A DNA stretch of 62,678 nucleotides, the filler included, from Phoronis australis (Eukaryota > Animalia > Phoronida), in assembly GCA_002633005.1 (NCBI GenBank). It is 6 parts of 6 records of this genome, joined end to end, with 100 filler letters (N's around TTAATTAATTAA, not from the genome) between each part and the next. Parts side by side here need not be neighbours in the genome. Positions count along the whole stretch, not along the records: positions 1 to 25,381 come from NMRA01000372.1; 5 more parts are not named here. One strand, 5' to 3'. The position numbers and the translations under genes were made by a program. Shown piece after piece: positions 1-13,093 of this stretch. The notes under the pieces are model-generated. The model did not search any database, was not told the origin of the DNA, and was given only the letters and a program-made list of their open reading frames with translations. Each line of letters opens with the position of its first letter. The first letter of the stretch is position 1.

Positions 1-2
1 GA

Positions 3-41
<39 letters not shown>
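1..41. repeat. (GA)n microsatellite
   Basis: Directly visible GA run with one interruption. Confidence 0.95.
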
Positions 42-44
<3 letters not shown>

Positions 45-1490
45 AGGAGGGTCCGATAAAGAATTGCCCAGAGCATGATCACTAAAGCTACGTACGATAT
101 TGCATTGAGGTGTCTACTCTTACAATCAATGAAAAAAAACGCGTTTTTCATTCAATATTGCAACCTCGTATTGGCTAACAAACATAACCTATTCAAAAAC
201 AGACAATACACTGTCTCCTTTCTCCCAACCTTGTCCCACCGTCTCTCTCCTTCACTAGGGACCGACACACGAATATTCAGTCAGCTCGAATGGAAATCTC
301 TCTTGTATTTTAGAGGTTTTCGCCAACTGCCTCAGCTAGAGTGCTTATCAAAAGTAAGCATTTTACTTGAATGAGTTCAAAGATTTTCATACGATTACTG
401 TCTGGTTACCAACAGTGCACATAACAGCTTTAAAAGATAACGGTATTTTAACAATTATTTAAAATAAAAATTTGCGATTGATTTTCAAATGGTTTCAAGA
501 GTTTTTCACGAAATTCGTCAACATTGTAGGTCTTTTCAAGTGTAACAAGAATGCAGTAAAATAAATATTATTAAGCGGGGGACAGATTTCCCTCAGTGAC
601 TACCAGGAATCGATTCCCTCCATCGCAACGGATTTTCTCACCCTGGCACCAGTAGTTGACAAAAGTTTGTTTAAAATTTTTCTTTGTTACCCATTTCATT
701 GTGTTCCGACTCCTTCAAATTCCCATCGAACCTGCACCTATGCTGATCACCGGAGTTTCCAATCTTGTGGGGAAAGTGCCCCCCCACTTCCTTCGGCCCA
801 AGAATATATATACTAGTCCATGATTAGTATAAGCGAACGGTACAAAATCGTGATATCACGTGTGTATGTATAGCAGTCAAAATTTATGTGCATTGTAGCT
901 ACTGTATATTCCTCCGGACGTGTATCAATCAAATGACAATAGGAAGTTCCTCGAGCATGTCTTGTTGACATCTTCTTGTGAACAGTTCGCGAGCAACTAC
1001 TTGAACGGAGATTTGACCTATATCTGGGACCGCTTATGCACGTGACTATATAGGTGTGTGTAAATTTGTGTGCGTGCGCGAATATGTATACACGTATATG
1101 CATGCCCGAGTTCGAGTGCGAGCGGCGTGAGCGCGGCAGATTTTAAAGGAGGAAAGACAGGAGGCAATGGCCATGTAGTTGGATCTAGTTGGGAAGCAAT
1201 CTAGGTGTTGCAGTAGCTTATGCGCTTCGTGTTAAAGTGAACTGCAAAAACAGCGTTTTTACTTCGTATGTGTTACAAAAATAGATAATCTAATGATTTT
1301 TCATGATATTATTGCATTATTAATAAATAACTTCCATGTTAGCATCCCCTAGAAGTCGATTGGCCACTATCTGTTCAAAAGTACTTTTCTACTGGTTTTT
1401 GCATTTCATGCCCCCTCAAGGGGCCATATTTCAATGCGTCTTGGAAAATAGTAAGTACAGGTGTTGTAAAATAAATTGTGGTCTATAAAG

Positions 1491-1877
1491 TCATACATGT
1501 AACATCAACTCCGCCGTACCTTCATGGCTATCCTTCCACTGATCCAAAACTTCCGTTAACGGAACAGGTACTCTCTCCCAATCTGAAGGCACCTTGCTTA
1601 TACCGACCTCCGTGATACCGAGCGATAAATTTAAGTACTTCTTCAGTTGTGCAAGAGAGGGAAGCACTTGTGTCGTTAACTTGTCGGTTTGGAGCACAGA
1701 AAATTTGTAACGTTGGTTGACAAAATCGATGTTTGTTGGTATAGAAATGAGTCGTGTCGAGTCGGGACTAGTCGCTATCGCGAAGCAAATGTCTTCCACT
1801 GACTGGATGGTCAGCACTTGTAGGTCTTCTCGTTTAACAAGAACGCCGTCTGGCAATATGGGTATAATTCTAACCCT
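1491..1877 (-). CDS. Terminal coding exon of CABIT-domain-like gene
   Basis: Acceptor ttatcaactttcAG then phase-0 open frame RVRIIPILPDGVLVKREDLQVLTIQSVEDICFAIAT...LISIPTNIDF to TGA at 1493-1491; beta-rich pattern fits the end of a CABIT module; same strand as the exons at 5372-5545 and 12270-12489. Confidence 0.6.
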   Translation of the reverse strand, partial: RVRIIPILPDGVLVKREDLQVLTIQSVEDICFAIATSPDSTRLISIPTNIDFVNQRYKFSVLQTDKLTTQVLPSLAQLKKYLNLSLGITEVGISKVPSDWERVPVPLTEVLDQWKDSHEGTAELMLHV

Positions 1878-1948
1878 CTGAAAGTTGATAATGAGCTCAT
1901 ATGAGGTAGACAACGACTGAGTTGCATGTTTTTCTTAAATTCACTCAC

Positions 1949-2067
1949 TGGGTTGATTTGAGAGACCATTTCCAAAACTTCTGTTTTTGTCATTCGCATA
2001 AAATGCACGTTTGGTTACAGCAAACATTCCTGCGTTCAACAATGCGTCACGATGCCACACACGTAAA
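1949..2067 (-). pseudogene. Candidate internal exon 3 of CABIT-like gene, containing two in-frame stops
   Basis: Strong acceptor (ctgttttgttctcAG) and donor (CCA|GTGAGT); 119 nt gives phase 1 in / phase 0 out, exactly what joins the flanking exons, but it reads (V)YVCGIVTHC*TQECLL*PNVHFMRMTKTEVLEMVSQINP. Confidence 0.4.
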
Positions 2068-2551
2068 CTGAGAACAAAACAGATAAAGTGGCGAAGACTT
2101 CTTTTACACCTGCGCTCCATGACATAATAATACAAAATGCAGTAACTAAAATGTAAACCTATGTACATTAGGGAATACTCAGCCCGGATTTTGACTACAG
2201 ATTTTAACGCCAACTTAACACCTTTAATCTTTCTAAATAACAATACTTCGTATACTATTGCCTGGCCTTAAAAGTTGAAGCCAACTGCGACCACTTTTGC
2301 ATAACGGGCTTATGCACAATTGGTGACCAATGCTTCGGGCTAGTTTGTTGTTGACAGAGGAAAGAGGCCGCGCTTCACGATCCACTGAGTCGCTCCGTTT
2401 TGCGGTGACACAGACAGCTGAACAATTCTTTAATCATTCCATTAAGGTAAAATCTCACCAATTTGGGACACAATGTGATATACAGCTCAAATTTTAGTTT
2501 CACTTTTATCAAATATATTAAATATATAGACGCTGAGGTTGGCCCGTAATG

Positions 2552-2671
2552 AAATATATCAAATAAACACAGAAAAATCAGGAACGAACCCCAACTGGGA
2601 ATCGTTCGAACCACAGGTCTCTAGATTGACAATTGGGGTTCCTGATTTTTCTGTGTTTATTTGATTTATTT
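2552..2671. repeat. Hairpin/inverted repeat with tRNA-like fragment in the loop
   Basis: Perfect 28-bp inverted arms at 2558-2585 and 2638-2665; loop contains GTTCGAAC (B-box-like). Confidence 0.85.
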
Positions 2672-3164
2672 GCAACTGCATGCAACTCATAAGATTATTC
2701 AATGCAAATGGTTAAAATTTTACGCTTCATGTTACCATACCTGTGGCATTTTCAACTTGGCCAGTTCAGAGGCGTGTACTGGTTGTTCGCAGGGCATTGT
2801 GGAAAAACAAGCCGTGATCGTCTCGGCGGGCATTCGTAGTTTTTGTTTGTTTGACTGAAGTTCACCACATAAGTACTGAAACAACAAAATTAAGTAATAA
2901 AAATAACGTCATGATAATTAGAATATTTCAACATTCGTATGTTTGTTCCTTTGCTGGCAGAAAGAAATCAAAGAAAAAAAAACAATTTCATCAAAAGATT
3001 TACCCAAAAAACGATTGACTCAAGAAAATGTAGCTGTGGTTTCCAAGCTAGAAATAATGGACCGCTAACACGAGAATCTGATTTTTGAAAGCCATCAATT
3101 AATTTATTCAATGCACTGTTGTCAGTTCTTCTCACTCATCTTTTCAAGGTCTTTCATACAAAAG

Positions 3165-3830
3165 TCGACGCGTCGATGTTTTGGGGAGTTGCGATCAGTG
3201 CGAACGCTTAACTTCGGTCCTGGATCGATTTTAACATCGACAGTTAACTTCGCTGTAAACAGGTGGACTTAACAGCGGACGTCGACGCTTCAGTGCAGTG
3301 TAAACGGTCAACTTCGGTCCTATCGAAGTTATCGTCAGGTGCCGCTGCTGTCGTCAACAATTAAACGGTAGTGTCGACGCTAATGATTGCTTATATTTTG
3401 CTCGAATAGTCACCATTTCAATTAACAATAAGTTTTATGTCAGTTAGCATATGTAAATATTCCCAAATTGTCACATTAAAAAAGTCTTAGCGTGCAGCGC
3501 TACCATGCGATTACTTCGATGACAACAGCGTCCAATAACGTCGACTCGTCGATGTTTTTGGGAGTTGCGGTCCGTCGTATGAACGGTCAACTTCGGTCCC
3601 ATCCCAGTTATCGCCAGGGGCCACTGTTATCGTCAACAATTAAAAGGCAGTGTCCTCGCAAATAGTTCTGTATATTTTGGTCCAATAACCACCAATTGAA
3701 TAAGAAAAAAGTTTCATGTCAATTAGCACTTGTACATGCTCCGAAATTGTCACATTAAAAAACCTTAGTATAGCGTGCACGTGATGCATCAGCGCTACCT
3801 TGCGGTTACTTCCATGACAACGGCGTCACC
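3165..3830. repeat. Diverged two-copy tandem duplication, probably DNA-transposon derived
   Basis: Copies start GTCGACGCGTCGATGTTTTTGGGG (~3165) and GTCGACTCGTCGATGTTTTTGGG (~3540) and share AACTTCGGTCC, CGTCAACAATTAAA and AAATTGTCACATTAAAAAA blocks. Confidence 0.75.
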
Positions 3831-5371
3831 TACCATTTACTTCGATGTCCGTAAACTACCGAAGCCGGTTAACTTTAAAGTTTACATCGACTTTCCGCTC
3901 AGACCGGAGTTTGTAGTTAAAGTTTGCCATTAAATTAGCAAATTTTGAGTGCAGGTTTCCAAACGTGCTCTAAATTTTGGTGCTGTAGAGGGCTAGACCT
4001 GCTTGGCTTCATGTTTCGTTTAAAAAATTCAGGAAAAGTAATTACAGTAAAGTATAGTTTAACGAAATGAAACAAATATTCCTTTTTTACTTTAGCTAAA
4101 AACATTTGATCCGCGCCTGTCATATGTATTGTTGTTTATACCTCAGAAATTGATTCAGGTCATCTTCTCAGCAAGTATAATACAAGCTTTTGATGAGAAC
4201 ATTGAAACACGATGAGGCTAAAGTAAATACGGAAAATGTACAATCAAGATACGCAGAGAATAATGACATCCGATGTTATCAAAGTATGTGATATATAACA
4301 CTTGAGTGGTCATAGGCTGATGTCTCTGACCATTTTGTTTGTGACTCTGCTCCGACAGCCCTGAACTGTGGTTGGCTATTTGTATAAGATGCAATGTTAC
4401 CCGGATGCAGCAAAAAGGTGAATCCGCGTGCATAGCATGATACTATCTCATTATTTGATACAACTGAGCGAGCAAACGTGGCAGCATACTTGTTCGATGA
4501 TGTGCTTAAAGTGTACTAGTTACAGGATTAGGGGACTGGACTATATTGAGAAGCAGGCTCAATTGCTGCCTCTCCATCGACACCCCTTTCACAACCTTTT
4601 TGGTTGCCACCACTTTTGCAAAACTGAGCATACACGTAGCTAATTTTGCACCACCGATGCCGCTATATAAATTCCACGAATGATGTGTTCCAAACCACCA
4701 GTTTCCCTGCGGACTTTCTCTGTTGGCATGCTTGGTAGGCTGCTCCTGTCTGCAGCTAATCGCAGACATATGCGTTGCGTGCTCAGTTACCTGTCTCAAA
4801 AGCCACTGAGCTAAGCGCAGGACTGGAAGCGGTTTACCCTCAAAAAGGAAGATTTTTAAAGACATTTACCCTTTTGTCAACTGCACTGGCTGCGTCGCCT
4901 ATACCTGAGCTCTGTATACATGTAGCTTACAAAAACTTGAAGCTGTTGCCTGAGCGCTTTGTGCTCATTTCGCCTGTGCTATGCTTGAGCAAAATGCATG
5001 TAGTTAACATCCGCTCTCTTCTTCATTAGATCACCCAGGTTGACATTCTGGTAACTCTGGCAACGACATTGGTGCTTTTAAAACACAAGGCGTGCTGTAT
5101 AGGTCGTTGTACATATACGGTGTAAGTGACTACGGATTGCGTTTTAGATTGTACACACGGGTTTGCATGTACGCCTGACGCGAGTAGTAAAATCATACTA
5201 ACTGTCATTGGTAGTCGCTTTTTCAAAAAAAAAAATGGAATAAGGTCTAAGCACGGTGTAAATGTGGCGTATAAGTATGCATATAACGAGCCACAAGTGG
5301 CGTGTGCGACAATTTACATGCATGTGTATTTCTGTTGGATAGATATTTTACTGTACAATGTACCTGTTTAC

Positions 5372-5545
5372 CATAACTGTCTTCCTCCACGCCATGGACG
5401 TCGAAGCATTCGTCCAGGGGCACGGAATGCTCCAATTCCTCAGTGTAAAACTCCTGTACACATCGTAAGACGTCGGGAAGCTTCGTGGGACACCTTTGGA
5501 TGACGTCCTTTACCGTCTCAAATCCCATGTCATCGAACATTGGAT
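5372..5545 (-). CDS. Internal exon 2 of CABIT-domain-like gene
   Basis: ttcttcAG acceptor and G|GTAAAC donor, 174 nt, phase 1-1; encodes (D)PMFDDMGFETVKDVIQRCPTKLPDVLRCVQEFYTEELEHSVPLDECFDVHGVEEDSY; joins exon 1 in frame. Confidence 0.7.
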
Positions 5546-8500
5546 CTGAAGAATCATGACCAAAACGCTAACAAAGAGCTGCGGACTATGTTCCCCACGG
5601 AATGAAAAGAATTTGGGTTAGTGCCGTATCAAATTCGCCAATTGAACAACGTTAACTTACTATTTAACATAAAACAAGACGGCAATATTTACACTTGGGT
5701 GATTTTCATAAGCACTCCCGCTTATTTGGCCTTGGGGATTGGTCATCAAATTTCGTTTGATGATGGTAACGTTATACAATCATGTGAATGAATGGGGAGT
5801 GAAATTGAATAATTGCTAAATTAAGTCTTTGCGAGAACAATGTTGTCAACACAGACATGTGGAGAATTTCTCGCTTACACTGGTCACCGATTCTCTCAGT
5901 CCCAGAGAACTTTTATGATGCCTATTCAGCTCGCCCTTTGTATTGATGTAGAGCTAATGAAGTGGAAACGATGATGGTTGTTATTACTCCCAAATTGGTT
6001 TTCTCTGGTATTTACACAGAATAGCCTACAACTGTGGAGAACAGTTTTAACTTGGTCCATGTACAGCTTAAATATAACAAAATGGCAAAAGTTACTTTGT
6101 GTTTATCTTGACAAAGGGCTATTTCCCAAAGGAACGATGGTTTCAATAATGTTTCATGCCGGTTTTCGTTATTTCATTTTTAATACTCCTGTCTACTTGT
6201 TTTTTTTCTTTCCGGGAACGGGATTATATCTTTTTATCTTATTTTTTAACTTTGTAGTACGAAAACAGTGGTAGGATTTGATCGCCAAAAAAACTTAATT
6301 AGTTTAGTTGATTGTAAGCCCATCACTGAACTTTCCAGATTACAGCTACACTAAACATTTCAAGGCATACAAAACTACACCTGTTTATTCTTTATTAGAG
6401 CTCAAATCATAAAATATGTACAAAAGTGCAAATATGGTGATAGCCAAATTGACGATTTTGAATCTCTGGACAATTTCGGTTGCATTGACTACGTAACTAT
6501 TCCAGCATTTTGTCAGCCATAAAATATGAAGAGTGGGCACAAGTTAAGTACAACTGCTTCTAGTAAAAATCTGGTTAAACGAGATTAAAAGGATATAGAA
6601 AGAGTAATCTATGTGATATTGTTAACTTTGATCAGTGTTTGAAAATCCACCGAGTATATCAAAACGCATGGTCATTTATCTTCAATCGTACCCAATGATT
6701 GTTTTTTAGCTTATTAGTTCATCGATTTTTAAAAATCGAAAACCATACTAGGTTGTTTTTTTTCAGCTGAATACAACAGTTTTGATCTTTTTTAACGAAA
6801 ATTATTGGTTTATGCATTTTAACAATTCGCCAGTATCTACAGGCAAAAATGGTTACTACAGTTTATGGTAGGATAAGTTATATTTAATTGTGTCTTGCTC
6901 GCACCGGACAATGCGGTCATCACAACTCTGTCAGATCGGACTCCGGTGCCTCGCTCTCTTTAAGCCTCTCAGAAGGACGAGCACTGAATATTCCCGGATA
7001 TCTTTAGAATTGCGTGACTTCCGTGTAAGCGTAATATTCAGACACGGTATGACACGATGGAAATATTTTTGGTTGTAAGTAGATGTATGTTTGGTTAACA
7101 TAGCTCGGCACATGCGGATACCTTTTGCCTTGCCTCCAGACGACAGAGGCTTCCAAACCCAAATGTTCCGGAAGTACCTGGAGTAGCCTTTTCCGTCTCC
7201 CCACGTCGCCAATTATCTACCACGTTGGTTATCATGTCTGGTTTTATTGAATTTCTCGTTAACAAAAAGAAGCCCATTCCGTCGCTCGTGCCAAGTACTG
7301 TACGATGACACTTGGCTTACCTCAAAATCCAAGTTCTGCCTTGTGGTTTGGTAATTGACTAAACTATGTGGGAACTCATTGAAGCATGGAAACGAGATAA
7401 CGTTTAATTTATTAAAGTGAAAGGAGTTATGCCTTCAATTAAAAAGATTGTAATTTAATATAGAAATTGGTTCACATGCAAATTATTAAGAATGGAATCA
7501 CTCAATACGCCCGCGTACGAGTTCTTAAGCGAAGTGGTTACAGGCACTCCCAGATGAAACACAATTAATATGAACCAGCAGAATTTTTGGAAAATGTATG
7601 GTCGTCACTACAAGTTTCGGTTTTTATAAAGAACATATAGCTAACTTAAAATTACTATCGACTTCATTGCTAATTTTTTATACCCATAGCTGCTCACACC
7701 TATTAATTTCTTCACATGTTCAACTATTTCAATTAAATCCGTAGAACAATATTGCAAACGTTCCTGTAATATGATAACAATTTAAACAAGACTGCGTAAG
7801 TAGAAAACTCCCTCACTCAGATGATGAACTCGAGGACTCGATGTCAAGCATAACTCCACCTCGCCAAATGCGGCTTGGCAAAAATCTCAGGTAGTCAAAC
7901 ATGAAAATTGAGGTCGCCAACAAAAAGTATGTAGCTTTGGTCTGATACGTGCTGGTACAAATGTAATTCCAAGTTTACACTTTTATTTGCTTTAATTTTC
8001 ACGTTTTCTTCTATTGACTTTTCACTTCATATTTGCCTTTGTGGAAAAGTAAAAGAGGTTATCTGGTATGCGTTACACACCTGCAAGTCAGGTTCATGTT
8101 ATGGGTTCTGAAATGTATGTCTTTTTCAGTCAGTGGAGTTGTCAAAGGCGAGAGTGTTCTTCCACTGGAAAACATTGGTAGAAGGCGACACAATGAACTA
8201 CGTGACAAAGCTCAAACAGGGATTATAAAATACGTGGATGTCTTTAAAGCCCTCGTAGAACAGGTAAACTGACTTTTAGGCATGATCAAAGTGCCTATTT
8301 ATATTTCTTAATTTATATTAGATACTTACATTCATAAACCAAATTCGTTATTTTTTTCCCAAAACATCGCACATGTCGGTGTCTGTAATTGTCAAAAAAC
8401 TTCAGGTGCCGCTGTGCGGTTATCGGATGTGGGATGTCAACGTTTAGCCAAGGTAACTTCCCAGTTCCTAGTTCGTGTGTAACTCACGCGCTTAATGTGC

Positions 8501-8984
8501 TTAGTCGGTGATGGGTTCAATCGACAAAAGGGTGGCCATCGAACAGACAGAGCCATTGAAATTGATTTGATATCTTTATAGCCATCGTTTTACATCACCA
8601 AAATTGAGTACGCACATCCTAGGACGGATTACAAACTCTGCAAGCGGGAGGGTGGATCACTGTCGACTTTTTGGCGGACGATCAGGGAACTATCCAGCGG
8701 GCGGGTGTAAACAAAAGATTTTCACATGATTGCCGTATCACAGACTCAAAATCAACCGCATAGTCATATTTTAATATATTTCTCACTAGAAATTACTGAA
8801 ATGATTACAAAGCGTGACAAGTGCAGAACTTGCATGTACGGCTCGAAATGCGCGTTGCGATCTTTTCCCGTTCACATAGTTCATTCGCTTACCTAAATTA
8901 GGGCGGTCGAACCAAAAATTGTTTTCGTCAGTTGCGACATGGCCTTGCTGTTTGCTTAGTGCTAGGTTTGAGCTGTGTGATAGA

Positions 8985-9276
8985 CAATGGCGGATTTAAG
9001 GGGGGGGGGGGGGGTGGCAAGGGGGTAATCCCCCCTAAAATTCTCCCAGATTCCAATTGGCAGTTCGGGATGCGAATTGCTGACTAGAATATGCGCTAAC
9101 CCAGGGGGGCTCGAGGGCGAATGCCTTGAACAATCCTTGTTTACCCTTTTTTAGTAATAAGGTCCACAAACCCAAAAACTCGAGACCCCTGCATCCCTAC
9201 ATTTTCTGCAAGTGGCGAAATTCTGGTTATTCCTGTGCCCTGGCCCCCCAAACTCAAAATCCTGGATCCGCCCCTG
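8985..9276. mobile_element. GC-rich MITE (CAGGGGCGGATCCAG-type termini, hAT-like)
   Basis: Left CAATGGCGGATTTAAG, right CCTGGATCCGCCCCTG; G/C tracts inside; no clean TSD. Confidence 0.55.
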
Positions 9277-10198
9277 AAGTGATATATGAACATCCTTATT
9301 TAAACTTTGCCCCAGTTTTGCACATGAAAGCTTTGTGAACTGTTCTCATTCATATAATTAAAAATCCAGACTCAGTTGACTCTGGAACATTCAAACATTA
9401 TGCAGTTACAACACGATTGAAAATTATTCAAATATGTCTTGACATCATATGGGCAGCGCATCATAGGGGGCTGGGGACCCTATAGCCCCCACATTTTTTC
9501 AGTGCTACGCCCCACATGGTCTATAGGCGATGCACCACAGGGGGGCTCAGGGGGCTTTCGCTCCCCCACTTTTTTCAGTGCTACGCCGCCCATGCATCAA
9601 TACCAATGTCTTAAGTGCTTTGAACTTGGCATATGCTTTTGGAACGTTGTTACGTTCGTGTGTGTCTGACACCGTAGGGTTTTTGTTAGAGAAAAGGACA
9701 CTAGTGCTAATTGTAAACGCAGTTTTGCATCTTACTTACATTCAAAGGTTCATCTGTAGCAATCCACACAGTTTTCTATTTAAACACTACTGAAGATTTG
9801 ATGTTCGGGATTTGAGATAGAAAACATTTAAAATGAAATTGCCTCAACAAGGCCTAAAAACAAAAACGCCACTGGTTGGGTTTTTAAAAGAAGGGAAATG
9901 AAGGAAACGCAAAGCTCTAGAAGCTACAAGACGTGGTTGAACACAACCAAAGGCTAAAGCACTCAGTCAGTGTAAGAAAAACCTTACAATGCATGCACGA
10001 CAGACACAAATTGGTAACCAAACGTTGGAGTCACGGACATTAATCTGGTTGACAACACCTGTCACGGTCTACCTTTTGATGGTGCATTAAATGAAGACAT
10101 ATATGTAACACTTGCACTGGCGGCACTAGCGGGAAGCAGTGTTAAGCTGCTTGCTGATATGTGGACTACTTTGCTACAATCAAATTTAGGTATATCTC

Positions 10199-10357
10199 CA
10201 GGGTCCAGTTGTATTAAAAGTTACACACCGTATAGCAACAATGACGTCGCATTATCACGCGTCACGTTGTTATTGTTGAACAATGCACCTGACGTAATGC
10301 ATGACAATCAAACTTATCCAGCGGATAACTTTTGAAGCTTGATGCAACTCAGCCCAG
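10199..10357. mobile_element. Short MITE, PIF/Harbinger-like termini
   Basis: Imperfect TIRs CAGGGTCCAGTTGTATTAAAAG ... GCTTGATGCAACTCAGCCCAG. Confidence 0.45.
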
Positions 10358-10515
10358 GTGCATTGTTTTGTCACTAGTCCTTCAATCGAGCAGGTGTTGC
10401 ATGCTTACACAGAACAGTACAGGCGGCAATTTCTATTCCATGAATTATGGAAGCATATGTGACGTAAGCATGTAATGATTGATAGGAGAGCTTCTTCCAG
10501 CAATGTCTATGTGTT

Positions 10516-10516
10516 G

Positions 10517-10556
<40 letters not shown>

Positions 10557-10575
10557 TGTGTGTGTGTGTGTGTGT
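10516..10575. repeat. Compound (TGCG)n(TG)n microsatellite
   Basis: Directly visible. Confidence 0.95.
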
Positions 10576-12269
10576 CTTAAAGATGTAATCAATGTAATAA
10601 CATGGTTCTAACTAATCTGTAGCGGGGTTTGAACAGCAGTGCTGTGCTTTATGCAAAACCAACTGCTGTTGTATTCTTAGATACATTTATCTTGAAAGTG
10701 TAAAAACAATGACATCTCCAGTTAGATGACCTCTGCGCGTACCAAACCGTTTGTCGTGTTCCACGTGTTCCACGTAGCCCACATGTTGCGTTATTCCCCA
10801 GCACTACATCAAAGTACCTAAGGCCACGGTTCGGTGATTTGCAACTCGATCATTTTCACCACAAAGCTTGTTTTTTGACATGTAGTGACTTATCAAGGCA
10901 CTTCATAGTCATATTATCGTTATGGTTAGCTAATCACCGACATAAATATGTAGCTTCTTGCAAACTGCATTTTAAACGTTTCGTTTGTAGCAGTTTTGAA
11001 CATTTTCTGCTCACACATAGTGACCTCGTATCGTTACCTTGTCGCAGTCACTAATTTAGCAAACAAAGCTTTACAGAATACTTTTTAGGGAGCAACAGCC
11101 CAGAGGTGACCTCCCGAATGACTGCTTCCTTTATCAGGCTGGCACTATTCAGAAACTGGATGGTTTGTTGGTTAAAGTGGGCCGTTAAGGTAACCTAGGG
11201 CAACACCAAGTTTGTCACTTTGGTAAAGGTAAAACTTAGTTGTAAAAATTTCTTTACCTTTAAAGTAATCACACTCAGCCGCGTATTTTAGTCAAATTCA
11301 AGTATTTCACTACAGGAAGGTTTTGGTGTGTCACACGCTGGAGTACTAGCTTCAACATCACGAAGCGATAACCAATGATTCTGAGTTTTAATCCTTTATA
11401 ACTAGAAAATCATTCCTGCAGTTTCACCCTCATTTTCATTGCTCACGCGAGGTGGTGCTTCAATTAAGATGACATTTTATGAAAAGTGACGCCAGGCTTT
11501 GGTCAAAATTTGTCGTGGGTTACCATTTCACTGTTACTGGATATTTTTCCAATGCATCTGTTAGCGCTTCACAGTTACAAAAAATACTTAGTAAACAACT
11601 GAACAGGCATATTCTCCCGATGTGTGAAGAGCACAGCTGCCAGAGACTTGGCTGTTTGCATACTTGCACCCAGGCTAAAAATTGGGGGTCTCGAGTTTTT
11701 GGGAATGTGGGCCTTTTGCTTAAGATTCACGAAAGTAAAATATAATAAACTGTACACTGTGCTTTGAGCATGGTATCAGAGCATACATGCAGGTCAGGTC
11801 ACAATTGAATTTATTGACTTAAGCTTCGATAGGCTTATCGTAGCAGGAAAACGTTTTCAAAGATACAATCATCCAGGCACTTAAAATAAAATCATTTCAT
11901 TTCCGCCACCCTGACGTTCCTTTGTGACGGTTAACTCCAGAAAACCGTTGCTTTTCCCAATCTCCATGGTCGGAGCACATCCGTTTTGTTGCATAAATAT
12001 TTTGTGTTTAAATTTGAAAGCAAGTACATGTGAGATACGTGTAGCAAACGCACAATCGGACGGAGCAGATTTCACAACCTACAGTGTACATGTATACGGA
12101 AGATATATGGAATTCGCTTCAGAAAGTTCAATTGGTTGAGATAGTGTCCAAACCTGACCATTTTACATGTTGGCATCCCAAACCAAAACAAAGTACCCTA
12201 CTTTATATCGTTGCATATCAATGTCATTGAATGTTTTACTGTAGTGGTGTAAACTTAACTGTAATTTAC

Positions 12270-12489
12270 CTGAAGGCAGTCTCTCAAATTTCTGCCGTGA
12301 CGATAAAGGAAGGTAATACACTCGTGATGATCTGTTGTCCATAATTTTCAGTCTTGTTTCAGTCAACGTGTCGTAAAGCAGTACATGGCCATGAGTGCGG
12401 ACCACTATCTTCCGGTCGCACGTGAGCGGCTGGTTGGTAGTGACGATCAAGGGCAGTTTGTGCTGGGCAAGAATTTTGCCCAACTCCAT
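12270..12489 (-). CDS. First coding exon of CABIT-domain-like (Themis/GAREM-type) gene
   Basis: ATG at 12489; MELGKILAQHKLPLIVTT...HVLLYDTLTETRLKIMDNRSSRVYYLPLSSRQKFERLPS; the L.....LP..V and LP.....F motifs resemble CABIT; donor CAG|GTAAAT, phase 1. An upstream in-frame ATG at 12570 is an alternative start. Confidence 0.65.
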
Positions 12490-13019
12490 GTCAGTCTCCG
12501 ATGGTTTTATTTCTTCGTTGTTTTGCGAGCCAAGTTGCGTCAAATACCTCGTAACTTCACGGACGTACATGTATCAAAATATGTGACCTTCGTTCCGTCC
12601 ACTTTATGTATACTTTGGCGTGCGCAACAAGTCATGCTATACAGTGTACAGTGTACCTCCTTTCGTAACACTCACGCCACAAAGGCCAGCCTCGCAAACA
12701 GTATTCGGTTACCTAAGTAAGCTTTTGTCCATAGCACAATACGTAGATCTATTCGTAAAAAATACACAGCCCATTCACTTCACCAAATCAGTAACGATGA
12801 GTCATATGATTCAACTTACGCCTTTACGCTAACATTACGAGCCTGGCCAAAGTCAGCATGTAAACTACATGTACTTGCAGGCGGTCTGGTGCACGTTGTA
12901 CCAGACGTGGGCAGGCCGCTCATGCGTACCATTACACTGATCACATTGTACCATATTTATGCTTTATAGTATAAGACCGAGCTCAATAGCTAGAGGCAGG
13001 ATCAAGCAGCGAACAGCAA

Positions 13020-13093
13020 CAGGACTCGAGCTCACTACCTTGAGTAAAAGTCGGGAATGGACACTTGTCCGCCCTAGGCCACACTGCCTCCTC
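13020..13093 (-). mobile_element. tRNA-derived SINE head (degenerate)
   Basis: Minus strand GGAGGCAGTGTGGCCTAGGGCGG (A-box-like) ... GCTCGAGTCC (degenerate B box). Confidence 0.45.

Noticed and set aside
4218-5050. Cluster of overlapping ORFs; similarly 6890-7277, 9840-10500 and 38808-39095
   Set aside because: No recognisable motif or phase-consistent splicing; probably decayed repeats.
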